Virus record (IMG/VR): IMGVR_UViG_3300046387_001332
DNA from: a virus
DNA length: 64,000 nucleotides
Direction: 5' to 3' (one strand)
In this document: positions 9,635 to 19,958 of the stretch, piece by piece
Layout of the letters: the number at the start of each line of letters is the position of its first letter
How positions within the stretch are numbered: the first letter of the stretch is position 1
Program-made: the position numbers and the translations under genes
The notes under the pieces: generated by a model
Databases searched by the model: none
What the model was told of the DNA's origin: nothing
What the model saw: only the letters and a program-made list of their open reading frames with translations

Positions 9635-10261
9635 ATGGCTAAAATGGATAAAGATGATTTAAAGTACGTTATTAAACGATCAAAAAAACTATTCGCGGGT
9701 GAAGAAATACCAAAGGTACATGGATATGAAGGTGAAAAAGAAGAAGTAAAAGTTCGTGCAGTTGGAGAAATATGGACTGACAAAGACGGAAAAGAGTGGA
9801 AACAAATTGGTGCTAATACCAAAGTTAGAACCGAAACCGTGTTTGACAAGTTAAGAAAAATAGCAAGAACCGCTCCAAATTGTCCCAAAGAAGTTTGTAC
9901 CTGTGATACTACTAAATTTTTAGATAAACGAATGGTTGCTATGAAAGGATTGTGTTTTGATTGTGTTCAAGAACATGAGCAAAAGTTAAAAGACGAAGGA
10001 AAGTATGAAGACTACGAAAAAAAGACAATGCTTGAAAACGAAAAAAGTTTTTTGTTAGATGCTAAAATCAAAATGGGTGAATCTAAACATTACATTGAAA
10101 ATGATCCTCAATTTCTAAATGAAGATGGTTCTCTTGAAAAGTGGAATATACCCGAAAAGTCTAAATTATTAGATGAACTTAATGCCGACATCACAGAGGT
10201 TGATGATCGTATTAAGAGTATTGAAAAAGAACTTGAAAAATTTTCACAATGTGATTTTTAA
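9635..10261 (+). CDS. Hypothetical protein with putative Zn-binding Cys motifs
   Basis: CPKEVCTC and CFDC followed by a coiled coil; lies directly upstream of the terminase. Confidence 0.75.
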   Translation: MAKMDKDDLKYVIKRSKKLFAGEEIPKVHGYEGEKEEVKVRAVGEIWTDKDGKEWKQIGANTKVRTETVFDKLRKIARTAPNCPKEVCTCDTTKFLDKRMVAMKGLCFDCVQEHEQKLKDEGKYEDYEKKTMLENEKSFLLDAKIKMGESKHYIENDPQFLNEDGSLEKWNIPEKSKLLDELNADITEVDDRIKSIEKELEKFSQCDF

Positions 10262-10288
10262 AAGATTCAACGATACCTTGAAACTTTT
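10260..10288. repeat. 11-7-11 palindromic site, copy 1
   Basis: AAAAGATTCAA-CGATACC-TTGAAACTTTT; 28/29 identical to 45681-45709. Confidence 0.9.
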
Positions 10289-10315
10289 TATATTATAGAA
10301 AATTAAATACATATA

Positions 10316-10322
10316 TATTTAT
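10316..10322 (+). promoter_or_regulatory. TATTTAT putative late-promoter motif
   Basis: 5 nt before the terminase ATG; no SD. Confidence 0.55.
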
Positions 10323-10327
10323 CCTTA

Positions 10328-11929
10328 ATGGCAGGAAACCAAAAAGTACCATTAAGGGAAATAATAAAACAAGAGTATACAGAGTGCTTAAAGTCACCTA
10401 TATACTTTATGAAAAAGTATTGTAAAATCCAACATCCAACACTTGGTACTATACCTTTTCATTTATATGAATTTCAAGAAAAAACTTTAGAGAGTTTTAA
10501 AGACGAACAATTTAATATTGTTTTGAAGGCACGTCAGATGGGAATATCCACACTTGTATCTGGATATGCTCTGTGGTTAATGACCTTCTTCACCGACAAA
10601 TCAATTCTATGTATTGCCATTAACCAAGAAACTGCAAAGAATATCGTTACTAAAGTAACTCATATGGCAGATTTTCTACCTTCGTGGTTACGAAGTGAGT
10701 GTACAGAAAAAAACAAGTTAAGTATGAGGTTTAAAAACGGAAGTAATATACGTGCGGCCTCAAGTAGTGTGGATGCTTCTCGTTCATCCTCTCTGAGTTT
10801 ACTTATCGTGGACGAGTGTGCGTTTATTACAAACATGGAAGATATATGGACTGCATCGCAATCTACAATTACAACGGGTGGTCGTTCTATTCTATTATCA
10901 ACTCCAAATGGTATCGGTAACTTTTTCCACAAAACTTGGGTTGGTACTATGGACGGATCAAATGACTTCAATCCAATTAATTTGCATTGGTCATTACATC
11001 CTGATCGCGATCAAAAGTGGAGAGATTTACAAACAAAAGTTCTTGGTGAAAAAGACGCAGCCCAAGAATGTGATTGTGACTTTATTAGCAGTGGTCGTTC
11101 GGTGGTAGACGCAAGTTTAATTGAGTGGTACAAAGAAAATACAATGCGTGAACCTGTAGAAAAAAGAGGAGCAAACAAAGAATATTGGATATGGGAATAT
11201 CCAAACCACAACAAAGATTATGTAGTTGCGGCCGATGTTGCGAGAGGAGATGGACGAGATAAAAGTGCTTTTCATGTATTTGATGTGGAAGGTGTGAGAC
11301 AGGTTGCTGAGTTTAAGGGTGAAGTAGAAACAAAAGATTTTGGTAATTTATTGGTTGCAGTTGCAAGTGAGTTCAACGGAGCATTGTTGGTAGTGGAAAA
11401 TGCAAATATAGGTTGGGCGGTGTTACAACAGATTATAGATAAAGGATACAACAATTTATATTACACTCAAAGAGATTATCAATACATAGATGAGTTTTCA
11501 CAACATACAAATAAATTAAATAGAATGGAGAAGAAACAGGTTCCCGGATTCACAACATCTATTAAAACTCGTCCATTGATTATCAGTAAAATGGAACAAT
11601 ATGTTCGTGAAAAAGAAGTTGAAATTGTTTCAGAAAGAACATTAGAAGAACTTTTTACATTTGTATGGAACGGACAAAAAGCAGAAGCAATGCAAGGATA
11701 CAATGACGATTTGGTTATGAGTTTATGTATTGCACTTTGGGTTCGTGATACTGCATTACGATTTCGTTCGGAAAGTATTGAAACACAAAAAAGTTTATTT
11801 GATTATATGGGAAGTACAACTAACATGGATGTTGGTAAAAATTATCGTCAAAATGGACTTGAATCAAATCCATATGAAATGAAGAACCCACGTGGAGGAA
11901 CTGAAAGTTTAGATTGGTTGCTTCAATAA
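10328..11929 (+). CDS. terL: Terminase large subunit (T4 gp17-like)
   Basis: LKARQMGIST Walker A, LLIVDECAF Walker B, STPNG, nuclease motifs ADVARGDGRD and NDDLVM. Confidence 0.96.
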   Translation: MAGNQKVPLREIIKQEYTECLKSPIYFMKKYCKIQHPTLGTIPFHLYEFQEKTLESFKDEQFNIVLKARQMGISTLVSGYALWLMTFFTDKSILCIAINQETAKNIVTKVTHMADFLPSWLRSECTEKNKLSMRFKNGSNIRAASSSVDASRSSSLSLLIVDECAFITNMEDIWTASQSTITTGGRSILLSTPNGIGNFFHKTWVGTMDGSNDFNPINLHWSLHPDRDQKWRDLQTKVLGEKDAAQECDCDFISSGRSVVDASLIEWYKENTMREPVEKRGANKEYWIWEYPNHNKDYVVAADVARGDGRDKSAFHVFDVEGVRQVAEFKGEVETKDFGNLLVAVASEFNGALLVVENANIGWAVLQQIIDKGYNNLYYTQRDYQYIDEFSQHTNKLNRMEKKQVPGFTTSIKTRPLIISKMEQYVREKEVEIVSERTLEELFTFVWNGQKAEAMQGYNDDLVMSLCIALWVRDTALRFRSESIETQKSLFDYMGSTTNMDVGKNYRQNGLESNPYEMKNPRGGTESLDWLLQ

Positions 11930-11951
11930 CAAAACAAAACGGAGAAAACAA

Positions 11952-12560
11952 ATGAAGATAACGCAAAATATACTAATAACAATGGGATTATTATTTTTTA
12001 CTGGGGGATGTGCAACGCAATCATTATTACCAACACAAGGAGTATATACTGAATCATCATTTGAAACATATACGCAAGTTGAGGGTGTCGTTGAAAATAT
12101 AGAAATTGGAAAAACAAAGTATTCTGATTTAGTCAAACTGGGGTTAGACTTAGAAAATATTCCAAATGTAAAACGACTTACTTATCTTGATGTTATGAGT
12201 AAATTTAAATTAGATAGTCCATCAAGATATACATTGTTTAACAAAATAGAACTTCCGTCTGGTGTCTTAAAAACATTGGCAGCCAGAGAAGATGGACTTG
12301 CATATGAAATAAATTTAGAAAGAATAAAAAACCAAAGAGAAGGAAGTGTCATTTTAGATATACTAAACTTTAGAAAAAATGTACACACAACTGGATGGAA
12401 AATAAGTGTATTAATATTAATGGTAGATGATACTGTAGAGTATGTATTATACTCTGGTGAAAAAAATATTGATACTTTAAAACGAGAAAGAAATCCTCTT
12501 GGTCCATTTCAAGGATTTGATGGTGGTGACATCATCGGTGCGGCTAGTGATTTAAAGTAA
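11952..12560 (+). CDS. Putative lipoprotein
   Basis: Hydrophobic signal ending LFFTGG-C; GGAGA SD. Confidence 0.7.
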   Translation: MKITQNILITMGLLFFTGGCATQSLLPTQGVYTESSFETYTQVEGVVENIEIGKTKYSDLVKLGLDLENIPNVKRLTYLDVMSKFKLDSPSRYTLFNKIELPSGVLKTLAAREDGLAYEINLERIKNQREGSVILDILNFRKNVHTTGWKISVLILMVDDTVEYVLYSGEKNIDTLKRERNPLGPFQGFDGGDIIGAASDLK

Positions 12561-12568
12561 TATATCTA

Positions 12569-12597
12569 TTGACATATATGTATATATTTTGTAGAAT
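12569..12597 (+). promoter_or_regulatory. Sigma70-type promoter upstream of portal (TATTTAT motif at 12602-12608)
   Basis: TTGACA-17nt-TAGAAT. Confidence 0.65.
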
Positions 12598-12618
12598 CAA
12601 CTATTTATAAGAATTGTT

Positions 12619-14463
12619 ATGGCAGAAGAATCAAGAACAAAGAAACTTTTTGGTGGTCTTAGAAGATTATTTTCAACTGGTGTGGTTGTAAGAAATGTAG
12701 GTGGAAAAAAATTAAAAGTTGCCGATACAGATAATTTACAATACTCAAAAAGAATACGTGACAAGTATGACCGTATGCACACATTATATAGTGATTATGC
12801 AAATGGTTTTAATAATCTTGGATTTCAAAGTGCTAGATTAGAGTTATTTAGTGATTATGAAGTGATGGATACCGATCCTATTATTTCAAGTGCATTAGAT
12901 ATTTACTCAGATGAATCAACCACTAGAAGTGAATTTGGTGAAATTCTTAAAATTACAAGTTCGGATTCTAATGTTAAAGGTATCCTTGAAAATTTATTTT
13001 ATGATATATTAAATGTTGAATTTAATTTGTGGGGGTGGATTCGCAATATGTGCAAGTATGGAGATTTTTATTTACATTTAGAAATAGAACCTGAATATGG
13101 AGTTATGAATGTAAAACCAATTTCTACATATGAAATGACTCGCATAGAAGATTCTGATCCTGAAAACCCACAACTTGTAATTTTTAAACAAGAGGGTTCT
13201 ACTAGAGCAGATTATGAAAACTATGAAATTGCACACTTTAGATTATTAGGTGATACGAATTATTTACCATACGGTAAAAGTATGGTAGAGTCAGCAAGAC
13301 GTTCGTGGAAGCAACTTCAATTGATGGAAGATGCTATGTTGATTCACAGAATAATGAGAGCACCTGAAAAAAGAATGTTTTATATTGATATTGGTAATAT
13401 TCCACCAAATGAAGTTGATAACTTTATGCAAAAAGTTATTAATAAAATGAAAAAAGTTCCGTTTGTTGATGAAAAAACAGGTGACTATAATTTAAAATTC
13501 AATATGCAAAATATGACCGAAGACTTTTTTATGCCAGTTCGTGGTGGTGATAGTGGTACTCGTATTGAAAATCTTGGTGCAATGACCTATGATGGAACGG
13601 ATGATATAGAATATATTAAAAATAAAATGATGGCTGCACTTAAAGTTCCAAAAGCATTTTTAGGGTATGATGAAAGTATAACAGGTAAAGCAACTCTAGC
13701 CGCAGAAGATATAAGGTTTGCGAGAACAATTGAGAGATTGCAGAGAATTACGATAAGTGAATTAACCAAGATTGCAATAGTTCATCTTTATTCACAGGGG
13801 TATACAGATGCTAAGTTAGTAGATTTTAGTTTGAAGTTGACCAACCCTTCAACTATTTTTGAAGAAGAACGTGTAAGAATTCTTTCCGAAAAATTAAATA
13901 CTGCACGTGATATGATTGATGCTAAGATGTTTTCAAAGAATTGGGTATATGATAAAATATTTGGATTACCTGAAAACGAAATCAATGAAATTAGAAGTGA
14001 TTTCGTGGATGATGCAAAAGAATTTTTCCGACTTGAGAGTATTCAAAATGAAGGAAACGATCCGGCCGATCCGAATCAAGCAGTAGATGCGGATGAAGAG
14101 GATAGTTGGGGTTTTGGTAAAATGGATACTCAAACCGAAAAAGATGAAGATAAAATTCATCAAAGAAAGAAAGAAGAAAAGAAACGAAAAAATGTTAATA
14201 AAAAATACGATCATCCCGATGAAAAACCTATGGGTAGAGACCCACTTGGTGCAGATGAAAGACGTGTTAATGGAAGAGATTGGGGTGATTCCCCACTTAA
14301 ACTTGAATCAGACTTAAATAAATTAGATTTATTTTTAAATAAAAAGGCAAAAAAAGAATCAGAAATGTCTAAATTAATCTGCGAAAAAACTAAAGATGAA
14401 ACACAAACTACGGAAAAAAAAGAAGTAGATTATTTAGATGATAAGAATATTATTAAAAAATAA
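12619..14463 (+). CDS. Portal protein (T4 gp20-like)
   Basis: QLQLMEDAMLIHRIMRAPEKRMFYIDIGN, EDFFMPVRG and ALKVPKAFL are gp20-family motifs. Confidence 0.95.
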   Translation: MAEESRTKKLFGGLRRLFSTGVVVRNVGGKKLKVADTDNLQYSKRIRDKYDRMHTLYSDYANGFNNLGFQSARLELFSDYEVMDTDPIISSALDIYSDESTTRSEFGEILKITSSDSNVKGILENLFYDILNVEFNLWGWIRNMCKYGDFYLHLEIEPEYGVMNVKPISTYEMTRIEDSDPENPQLVIFKQEGSTRADYENYEIAHFRLLGDTNYLPYGKSMVESARRSWKQLQLMEDAMLIHRIMRAPEKRMFYIDIGNIPPNEVDNFMQKVINKMKKVPFVDEKTGDYNLKFNMQNMTEDFFMPVRGGDSGTRIENLGAMTYDGTDDIEYIKNKMMAALKVPKAFLGYDESITGKATLAAEDIRFARTIERLQRITISELTKIAIVHLYSQGYTDAKLVDFSLKLTNPSTIFEEERVRILSEKLNTARDMIDAKMFSKNWVYDKIFGLPENEINEIRSDFVDDAKEFFRLESIQNEGNDPADPNQAVDADEEDSWGFGKMDTQTEKDEDKIHQRKKEEKKRKNVNKKYDHPDEKPMGRDPLGADERRVNGRDWGDSPLKLESDLNKLDLFLNKKAKKESEMSKLICEKTKDETQTTEKKEVDYLDDKNIIKK

Positions 14464-14525
14464 TTAGTTAAAATCTAATTTATATTTATATTTATATTCA
14501 AATATATATTTTAAAGAACATTAAT

Positions 14526-15395
14526 GTGAAGAAACTCAAACATAGTAAATACAAAAATACTGGTATTTTATTCGAACTTTTGGTAAGGCAAATTACCGCT
14601 GATATACTAGATGGTAATGAAAAGTCGTCTGCTAATTCCTTATTAAAAAGACATTTCTGTGAAAATACTTGTTTGGGAAAAGAGCAAAGACTTTATCAAC
14701 TTTTAATAGAAGAATCAACGAATGATAAAGCAAAAGCAGAATCATTGTTGCACGAAGTAAAAGAAAGTCATCAAAAACTATCTAATAAAGATTTAGCAAC
14801 TGCTAGATATAATCTTGTAAAAGAAATAAAAGAAACATATCCGATTAATGACTTGTTTCGTGCCAAAATTAAAAATTACAAGACCTATGCTAGTATCTAC
14901 AAATTATTCGAGAGTCATAATCCGAATACTTATTGTGACCCGAAAGAAATTTTTGAATCAAAAAATACTATAATTGGAAATTTGGTTTCTGCTCACGATA
15001 AATCAAACGGTAATGTTGATGTAAGTGATTACGAAAAGCAAAATGAAGATTTAAGATTAATTACCTATAAACTTTTGGTTGACAATTTTAATAAGAAATA
15101 CAGTAAACTTGACGAATCACAACAGACTTTATTGAAAAATTATATTCACAATATTTCAAATACTAATAGTTTAAGAGAATACATAAACGAACAAGTACCT
15201 CAAATAAAGAAAAGTATTTCAAAGTATTCCAAGAATATAAATGACGAAGTTGTCAAAATAAAATTAAAAGAAGTGGTATCTCAGTTAGAAAAAACAACTG
15301 AAGGTCGTGTGGTTAGAGATTCTCAAGTGTCTACATTGCTTATGAGTTATGAGTTAATAAAGGAACTTAAGAAAAATGCCAACGACACGAAATGA
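14526..15395 (+). CDS. Hypothetical head-module protein
   Basis: 289-aa helical ORF after the portal; tandem TATTTAT at 14483-14495. Confidence 0.75.
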   Translation: MKKLKHSKYKNTGILFELLVRQITADILDGNEKSSANSLLKRHFCENTCLGKEQRLYQLLIEESTNDKAKAESLLHEVKESHQKLSNKDLATARYNLVKEIKETYPINDLFRAKIKNYKTYASIYKLFESHNPNTYCDPKEIFESKNTIIGNLVSAHDKSNGNVDVSDYEKQNEDLRLITYKLLVDNFNKKYSKLDESQQTLLKNYIHNISNTNSLREYINEQVPQIKKSISKYSKNINDEVVKIKLKEVVSQLEKTTEGRVVRDSQVSTLLMSYELIKELKKNANDTK

Positions 15396-15861
15396 ACTAA
15401 AGAATATAATTCGCAGTTTAGTATCAGAAATTTTAGAAGATGATTCTGATTTAAATGAAATGAATACCACTGCAAACGCAGATGGTTATCAAACGCCTCA
15501 TGCATTTGCGGGTACAGATGAAAAAACACACAAGAAAAAAATTAAATCACGTGCAGAAGTATTTGATTATAAGACAACAGAGGATGAAAAAAACAATACT
15601 GTAAAAATAAACGAGGGTAAGAGTTTATATCATATAATGAGAGATCATCCGGATTATAGTCCAACTCAAAAAGTTGGGGTGATGGTTAGAGAAATTAACA
15701 AAAATATAAATGAAATTGACAAATTAATAAATCTAGTTTCAAAATACAAATCCGAGAATAGTGTAAATTCACAAAAATACTGGAGAACAACTCGTAGGTT
15801 TCTTGAAAAAATAGACGAAAAGATTAAGACAATTTCACATAAAATGAAAGACCTAAAATAA
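15376..15861 (+). CDS. Hypothetical head-module protein
   Basis: N-terminal ELKNIIRSLVSEILE and LNE motifs. Confidence 0.72.
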   Translation: MPTTRNELKNIIRSLVSEILEDDSDLNEMNTTANADGYQTPHAFAGTDEKTHKKKIKSRAEVFDYKTTEDEKNNTVKINEGKSLYHIMRDHPDYSPTQKVGVMVREINKNINEIDKLINLVSKYKSENSVNSQKYWRTTRRFLEKIDEKIKTISHKMKDLK

Positions 15862-16247
15862 TGAAAAATTGTACAAGATTAGATGTAGTATCATCAAGCA
15901 CAATAAGCACCGAGCAAAAATTAAGAGAATTGGTAACAAAACAAAAGAATCCTAAAAAAGTAGTTGCTTCGTCTGAAGGAAAAGCACTTGCTTCAAAATT
16001 AGGAAAGAATTGGAAAGCAGTTGGAAACTCTGCCGAAATAACAAACACACTTGATGAAATTTCTGGAACAATCAAAGTCACCCGTGATCAAAAAACAAAT
16101 CATTATTCGTTTAATATTAGATTTGATATGAGTGTTTTAAATAAAAAACGTGCAATAAACACAGATACAATCAAGCAAGAAATAAGTAATGGGTTACTTG
16201 CATTGGTAAAGTCTTCTGCTGATTTAGGAAATCAATTGGGAGATTAA
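15861..16247 (+). CDS. Hypothetical protein
   Basis: TAATG-coupled ORF in the head module. Confidence 0.65.
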   Translation: MKNCTRLDVVSSSTISTEQKLRELVTKQKNPKKVVASSEGKALASKLGKNWKAVGNSAEITNTLDEISGTIKVTRDQKTNHYSFNIRFDMSVLNKKRAINTDTIKQEISNGLLALVKSSADLGNQLGD

Positions 16248-16251
16248 ACAA

Positions 16252-17088
16252 ATGTGCGAGTGTAGTTGTAATTCTCAATTAAACGAAGAAACTGATCCTG
16301 CACTTGAACAGTACAAAAAAGTTCTTAAAGACTTAGGTGATTCTGTAAAGTCTGCTCACAAATCAACTGAGGGTAAAAAACTTTCAATTGAATATTGGAA
16401 AGATGTAGTTAAACTTTTAAAAAAAGCAAAACTAGGAATTTCTATGATGGAATTGGGAATTGATGATGAAGAAGAACTAGAAACAGACCACGATGCAACA
16501 ACTAAAAAAGTAAAATCTAAATCTGATGGTGAAGCAGATTCTGAAGAGTCAGAGTCTAGTTCTGATGAAAACGAAGACGATGATACTTCTAAAAAATTAT
16601 CTGAATTGGGATTAAAAAACGAAGAAGCAAAATCAAAATCACAACAAAGATTATTTGGTATGGTTCATGCACTTAATAACGGTGAATTAAAAAAGTCAGA
16701 TGTAAGTGATGATTTATATCAAAAAATCAAAAAGATTTCTGATGGAATGACAAAAAAAGATGCAAAGAAGATGGCAAAAACAAACCATGATGATCTTCCT
16801 GAAAAAGTTCCATCAAATGAACACTATGATATACTTAATCATTTATCTATTTTGTTAACTGAAAGTGGATGTCGTGTAGGGGAATCTGATGGTGCTGAAT
16901 TTAAAATAGATAATAATAGTCGTATTCATACTATTAAATTTGACGATAAATTTTACTTAGTTTCTGAGAGTTATAATTTTGAACTTGGCACATCAAACGA
17001 TATTCAGAATGTAGTAGATACATTTGTGAAACTTACTTCAAATTCAGAAGACTCTCTTAAACACGAATATAATACATCTTTAAATTAA
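16252..17088 (+). CDS. Hypothetical protein containing a DUF3008-like segment
   Basis: AKSKSQQRLFGMVHA...MTKKDAKKMAKTNHDDLPEKV, preceded by an acidic linker and LKNEE. Confidence 0.65.
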   Translation: MCECSCNSQLNEETDPALEQYKKVLKDLGDSVKSAHKSTEGKKLSIEYWKDVVKLLKKAKLGISMMELGIDDEEELETDHDATTKKVKSKSDGEADSEESESSSDENEDDDTSKKLSELGLKNEEAKSKSQQRLFGMVHALNNGELKKSDVSDDLYQKIKKISDGMTKKDAKKMAKTNHDDLPEKVPSNEHYDILNHLSILLTESGCRVGESDGAEFKIDNNSRIHTIKFDDKFYLVSESYNFELGTSNDIQNVVDTFVKLTSNSEDSLKHEYNTSLN

Positions 17089-17145
17089 ATTGTTTTTGTA
17101 AAAATAGACAATTAAATCGTAATACGTATATACTTATTTATTGAT

Positions 17146-17775
17146 ATGGCAAAAAAAATATTAGTATCCACAATGCCCTTTGAATTCTCACCTGAACAAA
17201 TAAGTGAAAGTATAGATAAGAATTCGGGAAGATTGATTGTAAGAGGTATTTTACAAAAAGCATCCGAGCAAAATCAAAATGGTAGAGTTTACTCACGACC
17301 TTTGTTAGAACGGGAGGCAGGAAAATATCAACAATTAATTGATGATAGACGAGCACTTGGTGAATTAGACCATCCTGAAAGCAGTGTAGTGAATTTACAA
17401 AATGTAAGTCACAATGTAACTAAGATGTGGTGGGACGATAATAACCTTGTGGGCAATGTTGAAGTTCTTGGAACACCAAGTGGTAATATTTTGAAAGAGT
17501 TGTTTAAAAGTGGAATTACTTTAGGAATTAGTTCACGTGGAATGGGTACTACACGTGAACATGAAGGTAAAACAATGGTAAACGATGATTTTGAATTGGT
17601 TGCATTTGATTTTGTAAGCAACCCATCAACCCGTGGTGCATTCTTAGAACCTGTGAATCTAAATGAATCTGTTAATTCAGAAAACAAAGTTGTTACTGAA
17701 GGTCGTGTTTGCACAAAGTATTGTAAGGTAGAAGGAATTATACACGAAATTTTAGGTGAACTTGGAGAAATGTAA
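17146..17775 (+). CDS. Prohead maturation protease (T4 gp21-like)
   Basis: NQNGRVY, ALGELDHP, GISSRGMG and FDFVSNPS; TATTTAT at 17135-17141. Confidence 0.93.
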   Translation: MAKKILVSTMPFEFSPEQISESIDKNSGRLIVRGILQKASEQNQNGRVYSRPLLEREAGKYQQLIDDRRALGELDHPESSVVNLQNVSHNVTKMWWDDNNLVGNVEVLGTPSGNILKELFKSGITLGISSRGMGTTREHEGKTMVNDDFELVAFDFVSNPSTRGAFLEPVNLNESVNSENKVVTEGRVCTKYCKVEGIIHEILGELGEM

Positions 17776-17776
17776 A

Positions 17777-18238
17777 ATGAGTACTGAGATTAAAAAAGCA
17801 ATTAAGTCAGCAATTCTTGAAGTATTAAAGGAAGAAAAAGCAAAGCAATTAAATGAGTTTAATCCAGACACAGGTAGATTTGAAGATGACGGGTTGTCGT
17901 CTGAGCAAAAAAAACTTACATCAGAGAAGATTTCAAAGTTTGGTAATTATCAAAAGTATATAGCACACGAAGCAAAAGATATGGATGTAGCAAAAGATAT
18001 TTGTAACATCGTTGAAAATGCTTCTAAATATATTTTGAACGAAACTGATGATTGGTTTGATGCTATGAGTGTTAAAAGAAATCTTAAAGAAATTAAAACT
18101 ATGGCAAAGGAATTCTACAAAACTGCAAAAGAACGACAAGTTTATACACAACGAATGCAGAGTTTGTATGAAGATATGGGTAATATACTAAACAGATATT
18201 TTGAAATTAACGGAGAAATAACCGATGAACAAAAGTGA
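17777..18238 (+). CDS. Hypothetical head-module protein
   Basis: Likely ATG at 17777 after GGAGA; EIKKAIKSAILEVLKE and QLNE motifs. Confidence 0.72.
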   Translation: MSTEIKKAIKSAILEVLKEEKAKQLNEFNPDTGRFEDDGLSSEQKKLTSEKISKFGNYQKYIAHEAKDMDVAKDICNIVENASKYILNETDDWFDAMSVKRNLKEIKTMAKEFYKTAKERQVYTQRMQSLYEDMGNILNRYFEINGEITDEQK

Positions 18239-18959
18239 ACTTAAAAAATTTGTAAGAAAAGTTTTACTTGAAAAACTTGATTGCAAACCAAATGTACATG
18301 GTAAACTAATTAAGAAGACTATTAGTTTTCGTGGAATTAATAGAGAGTGCGTTGCCGAGGGAACAATTGAAGATGCTAATTTATACGCACATGAAAATAA
18401 TTTAGAATATGTAAACTCTGACGATTCATACTTTGGTGGTCACTTTATATGTGAAATGACATCGTATGAATTTCAACCTGATCCTGAGTTTTATGGTGAG
18501 ATCATGGAAACAAATATGACTGCACGTGAACAACTTGCAAGAATTTGTGGATCAAATGATCAAGTACTCACAGAAGTAGATGCGTGTAATGCAGAAAAGT
18601 TGGTAGAGTTTATATGTACATCTGAAGAATTTAAAAGTAACTACACAGACATAGTATTTGAGAACATAAACGAAAGTATCAATAATAAACTTCATGACAA
18701 ATCACAATTCAAAAAGTTATTTTCTTATCTAGTTGAACAATCAATAAAATGCTCAACTGAAGATGAATTTAATATGTCAGATGCTGAAGTTAATTATGCA
18801 ACTGAAGTTTTATCAAAGCATTTTTTCAAAGAGCACACATCTTCCACAGAAGAAACATTAGAACCAATTGAAACAAAATGTGGAAAAAAATCTTTTAAAC
18901 AAGGAAACGCATTTGAAAATATGCAAAGAATAGTATCAAACCATAGAATATTTCTATAA
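18225..18959 (+). CDS. Hypothetical head-module protein
   Basis: N-terminus MNKSELKKFVRKVLLE. Confidence 0.7.
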   Translation: MNKSELKKFVRKVLLEKLDCKPNVHGKLIKKTISFRGINRECVAEGTIEDANLYAHENNLEYVNSDDSYFGGHFICEMTSYEFQPDPEFYGEIMETNMTAREQLARICGSNDQVLTEVDACNAEKLVEFICTSEEFKSNYTDIVFENINESINNKLHDKSQFKKLFSYLVEQSIKCSTEDEFNMSDAEVNYATEVLSKHFFKEHTSSTEETLEPIETKCGKKSFKQGNAFENMQRIVSNHRIFL

Positions 18960-18971
18960 GGAAACAAAATA

Positions 18972-19742
18972 ATGAAAATAACAAAATCAGAATTAAGAGA
19001 AATAATCCAAGAAGTAGCAGACGAACTTGGTCTATTTGAAGGTCTTACGGCTGCTCAAGAAAAACTACCAGAACCATTAAAGAAAGCAATTCTTAAAAAG
19101 CAAGGAAAGTCCGATGACTCCGATGATGAAAAGAAGGATGTAGAAGAAGGTCTTACTAAAGCACAAGAAAAGTTACCCGAACCTCTCAAAAAAGCAATTC
19201 TTAAAAAGCAAGGAAAGCAAGAAGAATCTGATGAAGATTCTGAAGAAGAGAAAATTGAAGAAGGAAATGCGTTTGGTGCGGCCGTTAAGAAAGCAAGAGA
19301 AAACGGAGAAAAAGAATTTGAAGTGGGTGGAAAAAAATATAAACTCAAGGAAAAGAAAGAAATTACCGAACAAGAAGATACCGAAGAATTTGTAGGTGAT
19401 TCATCTGACGAAGAAGATGTGGAAGAAGGAAACGCATTTGGAGCAGCCGTCAAAAAAGCAAGAGAGGACGGAGAAGATGAATTCGAAGTAGATGGAAAAA
19501 CATACAAAGTAACCGAGCAATCAGATTCATCGGACATAGGAAAAAAAGATAATCATGTTGATGTAGCAGATTGTAAAGATTGTGATGATCCCGGAGAAGG
19601 TAAACTTACAAGTGAAGATGTTGACGAAAGTATTACTGAGATTGAAGTTGATGGAAAAACCTATAAAGTAGGACAAAATTGGTCAAAAATCACACTTGCT
19701 GAAAAACTAGATAGAATGCTTGGAAATCGTAAAATTTTGTAA
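18972..19742 (+). CDS. Acidic repeat-containing probable internal head protein
   Basis: N-terminus MKITKSELREIIQE; EGLTxAQEKLPEPLKKAILKKQGK twice; EEGNAFGAAVKKARExGExEFEVxGKxYK twice. Confidence 0.75.
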   Translation: MKITKSELREIIQEVADELGLFEGLTAAQEKLPEPLKKAILKKQGKSDDSDDEKKDVEEGLTKAQEKLPEPLKKAILKKQGKQEESDEDSEEEKIEEGNAFGAAVKKARENGEKEFEVGGKKYKLKEKKEITEQEDTEEFVGDSSDEEDVEEGNAFGAAVKKAREDGEDEFEVDGKTYKVTEQSDSSDIGKKDNHVDVADCKDCDDPGEGKLTSEDVDESITEIEVDGKTYKVGQNWSKITLAEKLDRMLGNRKIL

Positions 19743-19770
19743 AATATTACACCAAAAACACTTAAAAACG

Positions 19771-19800
19771 AAAAAAGGGAAGAAAATCTTCCCTTTTTTT
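19771..19800 (+). terminator. Rho-independent terminator (possibly bidirectional)
   Basis: AAAAAAGGGAAGA-AAA-TCTTCCCTTTTTTT. Confidence 0.85.
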
Positions 19801-19843
19801 ATATATTTTTATATATTTTTAAATATTTGTTTATGTAAGTATA

Positions 19844-19850
19844 TATTTAT
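19844..19850 (+). promoter_or_regulatory. TATTTAT putative late promoter of the scaffold-capsid operon
   Basis: Motif lies between the terminator and the scaffold ATG at 19959. Confidence 0.55.
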
Positions 19851-19958
19851 CTTTTCAAAATGTTCTTACTTTATTAAGAACAACTAAAAAAAGGTTTTAA
19901 TTATTTGAAGTCCTATTAAAATGACTTTATCAAACTAATCTATAAAGGATAATTAACC

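Noticed and set aside
9635-10261. Small terminase subunit
   Set aside because: The position fits, but no TerS motif is recognisable and it has a sigma70-type promoter.
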